From contig CM022665.1 of assembly GCA_012295275.1 (NCBI GenBank), positions 31,434,001 to 31,498,000 on the forward strand: DNA of 64,000 bases, in the 5' to 3' direction. A model generated the notes under the pieces. It saw only the letters and a program-made list of their open reading frames with translations, had not been told where the DNA came from and did no database searches. The translations under genes and the position numbers were made by a program. Of the stretch, positions 1-12,733 are shown piece by piece. Numbering within the stretch: the stretch's first letter is position 1; each line of letters opens with the position of its first letter. This DNA comes from Chrysomallon squamiferum. Taxonomy: Eukaryota; Animalia; Mollusca.

Positions 1-3000
1 ACTTAATGTTTAGAACTGAACAAACCTGTGTTACCACTAATTTAATTACTTAATATCTGTCTCTCACAATTTTCAGAAGACAACATCACTACTTCAAAAC
101 CATGACAGCTACTGTAATTACCCTACTTTAAACCTTGACACTGAATGGATTTACTGTTGAAGTTATTACAGTAATAACATGCAGAATATATGGTTATTTT
201 TCTTCATATTAAACATTTTCAACTCCATTAACAATTCCACTTACTTTTTTATATTACAGAATATAAACACATGCTATATTTCTGCATCTTATCTTGACAT
301 CTGCAGCAGTTAATTAAGGTGAATTATATACTGTTCACATATATTCTAAATAATATTAGCAAATTAATATTACTTCTTGGTTTAAATTCCAAATGTTCAG
401 AGAAATTATAAATATTTTATGTTTTTGTTTTTAGACCTATAGATACTTTTTTATGGTATTTCTGATTGTTAATTCTCTAAACATTACAGTAATTTAAGAT
501 CAAGAAATGTAACTCAAAATAATGAACATATACATGTGTTTGTGAAATATACTAAGAATATTAAGTCTGCATCATAAAGATATAGTTCATTACAAACCAC
601 TTGTGAAGTTTCTGTATTATTAATAAGAAAGAATATTTTAAACAGTAAATGAATGAGACACAAACAAAATCAGCCTATAAGTAATATTAAATATAATTAA
701 TAAAATACAATAGTAAAATAATTTTTTTAATTATACAAAATAATAATTATTAATGTTGTTGTTATTATTATTATTATCATTATTATCATTACCATTTTTC
801 AGAAATTTCTTTTTGATCTCTCTAAGTCTACTGTCTGGAAAGAAAATATTTTTAAATATTTGATTTTGAAAAAATAATCTTTCACAACACATGGATACAG
901 ATAACTTAAATACAAAAGTTCAAAAACAAAACAGAACAATGAAGTTTTTGAATAACTGTCTTGCAATATTAACTATCCACAAACTTTTGTGTAGTAATAA
1001 ATTCCATAGCAAGTAAATTAATAACTTTGTTTAATAAATGACATTTTATTTTGTTCATGCCAAACATTAATTAATTTTTCTGGTGTAATTTAAAAATTTT
1101 GATTTATAGTATCCCAAACAGTATAAAATATACAAGTATTTTCATTTGCTGTATTAATAACCATATAGCAATGATTCCTACACTGCTTTAGTAGTGGAAA
1201 TTATTTTTAACCTGTAACAGTAAATGATTACTGAGAATATGGAGTATTATAAAAACAACTAAATATAAATCTACAAGGACATACAATGAAAAGTAACTTG
1301 CATATGGCACTTTAAAAAATATGTAGTAAAACAAAAATATAATAAATAAAAATTATTACATTTTTCAGCATCCAGATCCCAAATGCCATAATGCAGGCAA
1401 TGAAACAAAGGAAGGCAAGAGACATCAATGCTGTCACTGCAGTCACCACAGCCATCACATCATCAGCCATCTTGGAAATTGGTGCAAACTTGGCAATTTG
1501 AAAATGTGAAACAACCATCAAGGTAAAGCTCTGTTTTTCATTTAGGAAATAAATACCAAGTTAGGAAGAAAGTCTGTAACAGACTGTTAATAGAAGAATA
1601 TGAAGTTTCATAATATTTTTAACACTTTGACTGAAGTTTGTTCAGAATAACATTTTTCAGGCTCAGTCAAATAATAACACTTTTTTTATTTATAAAAACT
1701 TAAGAATCCACATATGATGACAGTAACTTATAGCAGATTATCCTTTCAGTGAATTCTAGTTATAACTGAAAAATGAAATACAAACTGAAAATACATCTGA
1801 TTCAGTTAAATGATGCCAGAAATGCATCAGTGACATTTTGCAGGAGGCATAGAAGTGAAACACATGAATAATGAAAGACAAGTAATGCTGCAAGAAGTGA
1901 AATTCAGCCCAAAGATTTGCAGGTGTGAATGTGCAAACAATAACTTATGTATTTCTCTTGATGACTATTCCAATGCAGTGAGTGGTATCATCTGATGAGA
2001 ATAATTAACAGTGCCACAGCAGTTCCAGACTCATCAATGAAACATTCCTGTTTTGAAATCAGTTTTTTTTTTTTAAACTAACACAGATTTTTGCTTCAGT
2101 AATTTTCAGATTAAGTGAAATTTTATTACTTGTTTCTCTAGAACTTGAAAAATCCTTCATATTAAGAGAAAGCAGGTGTCTGAAGTAATTAAATGCTTTT
2201 GTGTTAAGTTGTTTTGTATCTGACTTGTTTTTTCCCTGTTAATGATAGATGTTTCTTTCTGATGTCTTATATTTTTTCATAATGATCAAAAAACCTCACA
2301 CCAAATCACTTGATATCGAAATTTTCATAATAAAAAAATCAGACTGATTATTTTAATAAGTTTCCAAGATTCTGATGTCAACTTGCAAGTAACAGATTTT
2401 TCTTACATTAACTGCATCATTCCTATACATTGGAAGTTTGTCCACTGATAATTAAACTCTCTTACTCTAACTCGATGAACCTTAGCTGTTTCAAATTCAC
2501 TGAAAATAGTATATAAAGTTACTACTGGCCATGTCTTGAATGCTCTTTAGGGAGTTACCATAATTTGTTTTTTAGACAGCAAAATACCTTGGCTACAAAT
2601 AGACAGCAATGGTGCTGTCAATTGAAGGTTATCTGATGAGAAAAAAGGTAGCACTTTCTTTGTTGCTTATCGGCAAACATAATATTCAAGCTTTAATACT
2701 TTACGCACATTGGATGGAACTGTCTAAAACATTTCAGAATGGCGACAACATAGCAACCACTCACATGGTTTTGTGCACGTTCATGCTTCCATTTTTGAAT
2801 CAGAAAAAATATCTTCTTGTTTGTGAAGACATATTTACACCTTGTACTCTTCACGTTTACATTCTGCTGGTATGCAAAAAAAGATAACAGCTAAAATCAT
2901 GAACAGAAAATCATGTACTTGTTTTTTTAAAAAGTGGACTTTTCAATCCAAGTTGAAAAACCCCATAATAATAAAAAAAAAAAAAAGAAGAAAAAAATGG

Positions 3001-5614
3001 TTTCTTCAATGCAACATGGAAAAATATGACTAAATTTCAAATGTTTGTTCTCCTCTTCCTAAAATGTCAGCTGGATGAATTGAGTATTTACTGAATGGAC
3101 AACTACCACTAACTAGTGAACCTAATGAATATTTAAGTAGAATAGTGGTTTCTCACAAGTTCACTGAATACCTGGCTTGTTTTGACTTTGTTACTTGTTT
3201 ACATACATCTCTTGCCAAAAAGTTTTGCAAATATGGGTGTCAGCACACAGCTTTTATATTTTTTATTTAATTGGTTAGCATCTGTTAAATTTAAAAACAG
3301 CTCTGAAAAAAGAAAATGATAATATGGCATGAAAAATATAGAAATTACTCTTTAAGAAGAACTTCCAATTACTCCAGCAAGTGAAAAAAGTACAGGATGT
3401 TTTTTTTGTATTTGATTAAAAACCTAGGCATGAACTAGTGACACTAAAACCATCTGTTCCTGCAGTAAATCTCAAACATTTAGAAAGAACTAAAACAGGT
3501 GCATTATTTCCTTGAGCATCGCTTAAATCCTTGAAATTTATCAGAATAATGATTTTTTTTTGTCATTAAGCAAACAACCAGAAACACTTGTTTTTATAAA
3601 CTCAAATGTAGCTGCAAACAAAGAACCAGTAATACTAACATTTTCAAACATTCATAATTATGACCATTTATTGTTTTTCCAAAAAATGTCCAGAATGTCT
3701 TATGAATTTTTTAATATTCTCAGATATTACAAAGCATTTTCCTTCTACAACATCAAGTTGATGGCTAAAATTCTCTCTATTTTGTCACATATTCAAATAT
3801 GACGAAGTGGTTTCTTCAAAAACACAATGGCAAACAGCTTGGAATTTTTTTTTTTTTTTAAATTCACGTATTCAAAAATAACAATATGTTATCTTCCAAA
3901 GCAAGAAGGAATACACATATGTTTTCATACACTGATGTAAAACAACACAGTAACTTCATTACTCCTTAACTGATGAAATTTATAATTCTTGATAAAGGTG
4001 AATGAAGAAGTGGTGTGTTCCAAGCACCAGCAAATCTTAACACCTCACTCCTGTATCTGTGTTAGGTATGTAAAGTCTCATCAAAACAACCCAACTGTAC
4101 AGAAGAAAAAAAAAAACATAATCTGAAACAAATGGAAAATCCAGTTGCTAATCTTGGAGCTTGAATGGAAAAAAACAATGATGGGCATCATGATGTTTTT
4201 CCCATGTTGACAGCAGAAGGCTGGCTTGTATTCTACATGTAGACTGACTCTATATTTCACACACACAGAGAGAGAATGAGAGACTAGCCGTCGTCACCTG
4301 GCTATGCTACAGGTAGGCAATGAACACTGGGCTAAGTATACGAGGAGAAAAAGGTCTGTGTGAATGTGAATACTACGCTCAGCATGCCATACAGGTCACT
4401 AACAGAAATGGTGCATGTATATAGCAAATAGTGCCAATCTCTCTACAACTGATAGGAGTGTGTGGAAAAAATATTCAAATTCCAACCTCCAGAAAATAAT
4501 ACATGTACATGTGATGTATGTTGGATGTTATTATTACTATACATTGCTAATCAAAATAAAATATGGAGATGTTTAATTTCTTTCTTAGTTATCTTTAAAA
4601 TGTATTGTACAATGTAGCTTAATGAATAAAGACTTGTTACCTGTTTATGGTAAACTTTTAAACAAAACTTTGTCAAGTATAAATTTTATACTCTCTGTTA
4701 GAACTTCATATTAACTGTTTAATTTTATATTTAACATTATTGTTTATTTGTATCTTCTTGTAAGTTAGGTGAGTCAGATCCATCTCAAATTGTAGATTTG
4801 ATTGTAGGTAGTAATATTACTACTATTATTCTTAATAATAATAATATTAAGAAGAAGAAGAAGAAACAGAAGAAAACCTCTTAAAACTATTTTTTTTTTT
4901 AAAACACATTTTAATTCTACTTAATAAAGCAAAGTAAAATTTCAGCTATGGAAAGAATTATAAAGATTAACTATCTCACATGTCCACAAATCAAACCATT
5001 TAAAGAATTTTTTAAACACAGTAACAAAGATGATGTGAAATGAAAACCAGTATTATCAGTAAAACTCAGTTATAAACATCTGTTAGTAACTTCAGAATGT
5101 CTGTGAAGTATTTGCTTTATTTGAAATTTTTATCACATTTTACAATTATTTTCTTTGATGTGGTGTTTTATGAACATCCACATGTTCAAATTAGTTATTA
5201 CATCATTATTATATATATTATTTGTCTTCTAAATTTGAAATATTAGCATCATTATAAGAAAAAAAATATATCAGTTATTAATCTTATTATCATCTTATTA
5301 ATAAATATTATTGTTGTTTTGTTTTACTATTATTAAAAGCATATATGAACAGAGCATAAATTATTAGTTGTATTTTGCTATTGTTATTGGGTTTCATTTT
5401 TTTCACTTCTACTGCATTATTAAAAATATGAATTTCTGCAAGTACAATTTATTAGCTGATATTATTATTGCTTTATTATTACTTGTGCTGATACTTTTAC
5501 ACCTATTTGTTTTCCAAACATCATTTATTTGTTTAAAGTAGTACTAGTAACAGTATTTAAAAGTACTATAAAGCTTTTAATTGTTATTGTTACTGATCTT
5601 GTTTTAACTTCTAC

Positions 5615-5618
<4 letters not shown>

Positions 5619-5666
<48 letters not shown>

Positions 5667-5696
5667 GGCCTATATATATATATATATATATATATA
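5619..5696. repeat. (TG)n + (TA)n compound microsatellite
   Basis: Direct inspection. Confidence 0.95.
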
Positions 5697-8600
5697 GTCA
5701 CAGTTACAGTTTCTGTTTTGTATTATTTTTATAATTATATTATTATTAATATTATTATCATTGTTTTTATTGTTGTTGTTGTTATTATTCACATTTTACC
5801 TTAATATCATGCATCTGCAACTAGTTATTCTTACTTGAAGTGTTTTTAGTAAAGTGTTGCTGGGGTTTTTTGTTTGTTTTTTAGGTTAAATTTAAAGGGA
5901 AAAAAATCATTCAAGCCCTGTTAACAAATCTGTCAGTTTAAAATGAAATCTAATTCAAAGTGATGGCAAACTAATTAGACAATTTTTCTAACTTTTAACA
6001 CATCTAATCTGAGAAAAAAAAATAAAAAAAAAATGAAACAAGTAAAGAAGCATTTAAAAAAAAAAAAAAAAATTCATATACATTCAAAATGTTATGGGCT
6101 GAAGAAAAGAACAAAATATCTTATTAATTACTTTTATTTTTGATTGTAATTTAAAAAAGCTTTAAATGAATAATAAATGGACTATATTGTCTTATATATA
6201 TTAATAATAACAGTATTTATAATCATCATGGTCATATATAAATTTAAAAATATTAAGAAGATAATATTAAATTAAAAAATATGCATTAAGAAATTTATTC
6301 TAAAAACTGTTAAGAAGGTGTGTATATATATATATATATAAAAATACAAAACAAACCCAATTAATCCCCAGAGCCTTAAATTAAAGCAATAAACTAAAAT
6401 CCTACAGTTCTGTTATTGAACCTGACAACAAATATATACTGACTCCGCCTGTCTGTCTTCTTTCTCTCTACTTCTTTACACATTTACTCAACTATACAAT
6501 AACTAAAATCCTGCATGGGCTTTATTGTTACACCCACATAATCTTCACCATAAGATTAAGGCAATAAAATATTCATTGCATAGTTTTACCTGTATATAAT
6601 ATGCACTGTAGGAATTGTAATTTATTATAATTTAAGTTCAGCAAACCAAATTATTACTGTAATAATAATTTCATAATTTCATAACAAATTCTCACTGTAA
6701 TTATGACAATGTAATTTGACTTCTACATAGAAATTGCCCTTTGCAATAATTACTGTGTGATTGTATACAATAAACTTCACAGTATATTAATGTTTTTTAC
6801 TTTTCTATATTAAAAGCCAGCTGAACATTTTTAGAATGGTTTTATAGTGATGTTACATTATTATACTTCTATATTGCCAGTGCTCATTACAGTAACTATG
6901 ATATAACTTCTAATAATTACAATATATAATCTCTGTATCAAATGGATATTCATGTCAGTATAATTTGACTTCTCTATAGCAAATCAAATGTTTATTGTAT
7001 TAATTACAGTAAATGGTGGTGTTGTTGTTGTTCTTCTTCTTTTTCATCTTCTTTTTCTTCTTAGTATTAATATTTAAAGTATTATAATTTATACATCAGT
7101 TTCAAGGTTTAAACATGGGAACACTGATTCTTTCATTTAATCAAAAATCAAAAATATAACCATGCAGCATATTTCTCTTTATATCTGCTGTGTATCTATT
7201 TAGTTTTATCTTGGCCAAAAGTGCAGGTGATGTCAGAAGTCAATTTCTCATATTACAGCAGGCTCTTTAACAGGAGGAAAGCATGTAAAATGGAGGAAAG
7301 CATGTTTAGATAATTAACACACAAGTGATAAACAACACAGGTTAGATGAGCACATCTATGGTTAGCTAATTATCGAGAACTGCCAGGAAGATAAAGTAAG
7401 CAGAGAAACCAACACCATGTTATTAGACAAAAAACATTACAGTGGTACTAGACTGAAACACATATAACAGTACATATAGTATGGCAGATAATCTCCATAT
7501 GATTGTAAGATTTTTACATGTTTTTTGTTTTTATAGGCTGTATATTTCCAAATGATAGTTGTTGGAAATCAATCTTTGCAAATAATAAAATATAGTAAAA
7601 TAAAAAATTCATAATTTTGCATGAACATTATTTCATAAGAAAAAATTTCTACATTCTCAAAAGGATTTTAGTTTACAGTTATACTTAATTATTAGCAAAC
7701 ATTTGTTGCGAAACAAAAATAAAACAAAAACTTATATATATATAGAAAATGATTTTAGGCCACAGATATATTTTAACATTTTATTGAAGTAAGAAAACAA
7801 CTGAAACAAAAAAAAGAGACGACAGTTTTGTTACAGAAATAAGCTTAATCATATATTACATAATCACACTTGATTTTATTCTGTAATGTTAAAACTAGCC
7901 AGAAAACTTAAAATGGTTATTTTATCATTTCATTTTCCCATAAAATGGAAAGCACACACACAAACACACAAATCAGTTAGTTGATGAACCAGTTACATTT
8001 CAGTGTCTAGAACTGGATAAATGGTCAGAAAATGAAATATGGTTGAAAACAGAATGAAGCACAGAGAGAAAGCAATTAGATGGAACAATTTACCGGTTAA
8101 CGTAAAACGAAAATGAAGAAGATGTGAAGTACCTGGTGATATGTTTATTGATGGGCTGCCATTTGTGTGTGTTGGAGGCTGTGTGTTTGTATTTTGTAGG
8201 TGGTGTATGTACATTTGGCTCCTGAAATTACAAACCATGAATGCATCTGTAAATGCTTTAAGGGTTTCACTGGAAAGAGTGAAAAAATAAAACAGTAAGA
8301 AGCTAGAAATAATAACAATAAAGTTATTTAATCCTGGCAATCTATCTTGTGTTCTAAGAGATGTGAGAAGATATAATGTATATAAATAAGTTTAGAAATT
8401 AACTTGCTCTTTGATGGTATTACTGGTATGTATATTCTGGAGTGAGTTTTCAAGGTAAATATGTTGATTTTACCTAAATTATCTTGATTTAGTTGTGTTT
8501 ATCAGCAATGATATAGATTTGTTTTAATTAAGGCATTTATGCATGTTTTGCCTCAACTGGATTATATTTTAAGGTAGATTTTAAAAATGTAATTCATAAT

Positions 8601-11484
8601 AAATTCATATAATCACAATTCACTTGGATGAAGGTTTGTTTCAGTTGATATATTTACTGAATTTTTAAATCTAATAATTTTTTTATTTTTTTATTTATTT
8701 AATTTTATTTTTTTGCTACTGCTAGACCTAATGATAAGATGCTGTTTGAATCTTGTATACATACAACAGATGTAATATGAAGATAATGTATGCAGAAAAA
8801 AAAACCATTATACAAACAACAATAACAAAAACAAAGTAAAATGTATAACTTTAAAAATTCATAGAAACAATTCACAGCTTCTGGCAAACTTAGATAAAAG
8901 AAAATTGATGCTAAAAGGGTATTATAATTATCTTCAGTCTCTATTTATGTACAAAATTTCTATAATGTTTTTTCCTCTTAAATTAAATATAAATATAAAT
9001 AATATTGATTAAATGATTTTTTAGTAAAACAGGTAGAGAATTAACAATAGCACTTTGCTCAAGATAATTTTATTCTGTAGTCTTTGAACCTGCACACTTT
9101 TGAGTCTGTTCCTTTTTATCAACACCCAACATAACTGACATACCATCCCACATCAGCCAAGTGGCACCTGAGAAATATTCTGTATGTTTCTCCAACTGTC
9201 AGAGAAATTTCTGTCCAAATGGCAGCTCAATATGTGAGGCATGATGTGCTTTCCCAGATGATATCAATCTGCAGATATATCTGCATCATACTTTTCTTCT
9301 TCTTCTTTTATTGTTGTCATGGGTACTTCTGTCAAACTTTACAGAATGTTATGACCATGTTATATGTTGGATGGCAGTTCAAATAGTTTGAACTTATTCT
9401 TTTTTAAGTAACTGGAAAAATACTGTTTTCATTCAAATCACTAAAGGCAGTATAAAAACTGTATCTTGTATCTTATTTTGATACCTGTAACATGTTGAAG
9501 GTTATGAAATATCCCCAATACATTGTCTGATGACTGTTTAATTTTGGTATATCTTTAGAAAATGCAGGTAAACCACCAATTTTCCAGTTTATGGATGATC
9601 ATTCATTTCTTTTAATAATTACTAAATTAAGAAAGAAAGCATTTGAAAAGTACAAATAATAAATTTAAAAAAAATGTTTTTTAACCTGATTGGCTTGTTA
9701 AATTTCCTTTTTTACCCTTGTTATATTGTTGTTACATCTAATGTAATGAATTAGTTGTGCTAACTGGGCTGTTGGTACACGTTTATTTGTTCATGAATTA
9801 TATTATCTAGCTTAAAAACAGATGTTTTAATCACTGTCTGTTATTATAAAAAAAAAAAAATTCAAACTGCTAGAAGACATAAATAACAATAAACTGTTAA
9901 CATTATCATTAAAACACGCATTAAAAATGCCACTGAGAAGAAAAAAAGAAATCTGTCTCATACATTTGTCTGATAATATTCTTAAGAAATAATGTTACTG
10001 TTATAAAATGAAATGGATAACTTGCTGGCAATAAGAATTTTACTGGAATTTAACGCTGAACATTCTTTTTCCCCATCAAACTATTTCTTTTATAAAACCT
10101 ACATACACACACACACTCACTCACACACACAAATGTACACACACACAAACACAAAAAAAAGTATCAGTAAACAACAAAATGTTGATAATGCCATACAAAA
10201 ATAACCTTTTCACAAATTTTACATTCTGTAAACATTATAATTCTGTCTTATATTACACCTTGTGACATCAGCTTTTAGATTTTATCTTAAGTATTGTTGG
10301 AAATGTATTTGTAAATATGATGTATATATACTTGTACACAGATGTAGAGACTGAAGCTATAAAAATGAAAGATATGCCTCATTTATACTTCATTCTATCT
10401 TAATAATTTCTTTTTTCACTTGGTTTTATTTTCTGTAAGATAAAATTCTGACTTCTACTCAACTATATGGCATTAGCTTTCAAAATTTATCCAAAAAAAT
10501 TACTCAATTCTAAAGATACTGGAAAGCATTCTAATTTAAATAACTACTCACAGCTAGTATTTCTCTCTAAGGGATGTCCTGTTTTTTATTTTGATTTGTG
10601 AATGATAATGGGAAATGATTTTCATGGTTTTCTTGGTTTCACAACATGAGACAAATCAAGACAAAGTAGTTTTAATTTGAAACAACAGTGCAATAGGTAA
10701 CACATTTAGAAACTTTAACTGTTGATTTCACCTTCACTCTAAGATGAAAGGTTCTTTAACATAAAATCACAAAATTAACTGCAGGCCTTTTTAAATATGT
10801 AGTGGTTATCTTTCTCAGAAACTTAATGTACTTTTATTTGAAACTGGTCACACATTAAATTTAACACACTTCTTTTGAAAATTATTTACATTATTCACAG
10901 CAGTAACTGAAATTTCTAAGCTAAATCTGACACATTTCAGAGAGATTTGAAAGCAAAATTCTACAAAAATGTTTTATGCATTTGTTTCAACTGATTGGCT
11001 TTGTACTTTAAGTAAAAAATCTGCAGCCATGTTTATCCAGTCATCTTTTCAGTTATATTCCTTTATATACATGCTAACAATAACTTGTAATTACTTAACA
11101 ACTTCACACCATAATTACCTTTTATTTTTGGGTACTTTCTATTTTACTGTTTTTCTTTAACCCCATTTGTGTTCTGTTACATTAAAACTGTACCAAATGA
11201 ACAAGCTGCCAGATATATATTTTTTAACCACTTTCATATTCTTATGAACTGGAGAACCTAATAAAACTATAACTTTTTGCATAGACTTTGAATCAAGAGT
11301 AGATTCTGAAGCCAGTCTAGACTTGGTTGTTATTAGTAAACATTGTAGGAAATCCATAGCATACAACAGATTGTAAAAACAGCAACACTTAAACATTGTA
11401 AGCTCACAAATCATTATAAAAACATCTTTAATAATAATGCACATGATGTTTTTGAAAAATTCAGTAGCATATTCAGTTAAACCT

Positions 11485-11825
11485 GTCATCAGAGGAACAT
11501 AATATTACTGAACAGCTGTCATGAAGAAATTGTTTTATTTGATGGCTATTAGGTGTCAGATACACAATTATAACACATACTGTGTTTTAGGGTATTAGTG
11601 AAAATATCTGCCAGACATGATTATAAGCCATTCTTGTACTTTACAAACAAAACAAAAATATTCTGTTAAACTTTTTGTCAGAGAAGCATAATATTACTGT
11701 CATATGGAAATTGTTTTATTTAACAGCTATTAGCTTTTAGATAAACATATTCTAAGGCATTAACAAAAATGTGCCATCATGATTATGTTATTCATGTACT
11801 TAACTAACAAAACTAAAATAGAATA
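11485..11825. repeat. Diverged direct tandem duplication (~190-bp period)
   Basis: CATAATATTACTG...GAAATTGTTTTATTT...GCTATTAG...CATGATTAT...TGTACTT...ACAAAAC appears twice. Confidence 0.7.
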
Positions 11826-12571
11826 TAGTTTTGTTTCTTGGTATGAGAAAATTCAGGTTTACTTTGAAGTTACTTGTTCTGATAGTGGGTATGCTGTAAC
11901 ATAAGCAAGTGCTTCATATTTTCTGCAGATAAAATGCTTATTTCTAAATATGACGTGCCTACATCTATGCATCATTTTTGCATATTTTTTAAGATGGATG
12001 CATATATGGTAAAACATAATTACATACATTTTTGTCATTTTGAAGATGAAATATATATTTTAACAATATTAAAGACAAAACCATCAGTTTTATATAATAT
12101 GTTTGCTTTGTTTTTATGTTATGTCTACAAAATTGTTTGCAGTAAGATATTTTCTTCTTACATTATCAAAGACAGTGCAAAATGTACTTTTTCCTGTTAC
12201 GAAATTGTGGTAAAAATTAATAATTTATTTAAACAAAGTGAAATTTAAAAAAAAAAAAAATTATTGTTTAATGGTTCATTTTTTTATTTTTAAATTTTAT
12301 AATTGATAATTGCCTGTTTATTAAATTAATGAACTATCTGAAATATTTGTTTTTATATCTTGTCACAGCTAAAACACTGCTGGCTTCATTATCTTCCACA
12401 TTAGTTTTCCCTTTCATAACTGTATCTGGCTCAAACATATTATCATTTAACCTACACTTCAATATTTCTTTGAAGACAAAAACAAAAACATTTTTTCATC
12501 ATTTAAATTTGTTTTTGAGGGGAGTGATGACAATGAGGAATATAAAATTATTTTTAAAAACTGCTTCTTAC

Positions 12572-12733
12572 CTTATCTACTTTGACTTCTTGAGAAGAGA
12601 GTTTCTTTAAAGTTGTAGCTATCCACATCTCCATGTCTTTTTTCTCTCTGGAGATCTTGTACCAGGTTGGTGCTAGAGCTACAAGAGTTGTCTTTTTCTT
12701 TTCTGCATCATCCTCAATTGTCTTCCATTTTGT
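12572..12733 (-). CDS. DMD: Dystrophin exon, 162 nt, phase 0->0 (last exon recognised in window)
   Basis: tttaaag|ACA AAA TGG ... GAT AAG|gtaaga; [41 protein letters not shown]. Confidence 0.87.

Noticed and set aside
1312-1521. Hydrophobic 69-aa minus-strand ORF resembling a membrane micropeptide
   Set aside because: Non-ATG start, tail derived from AT-rich sequence, and no splice or homology support.
5529-5804. ORFs rich in CV/YI/IIII repeats (also 15220, 23120, 25403, 41265, 41904, 59064)
   Set aside because: Microsatellite and low-complexity translation artefacts.
6540-7010. Recurrent AATTACAGT / AATTTGACTTCT words
   Set aside because: Too degenerate to define a unit; probably an old decayed tandem repeat.
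7273-7305. GGAGGAAAGCATGT duplicated 19 bp apart
   Set aside because: A simple short slippage duplication with no further structure.
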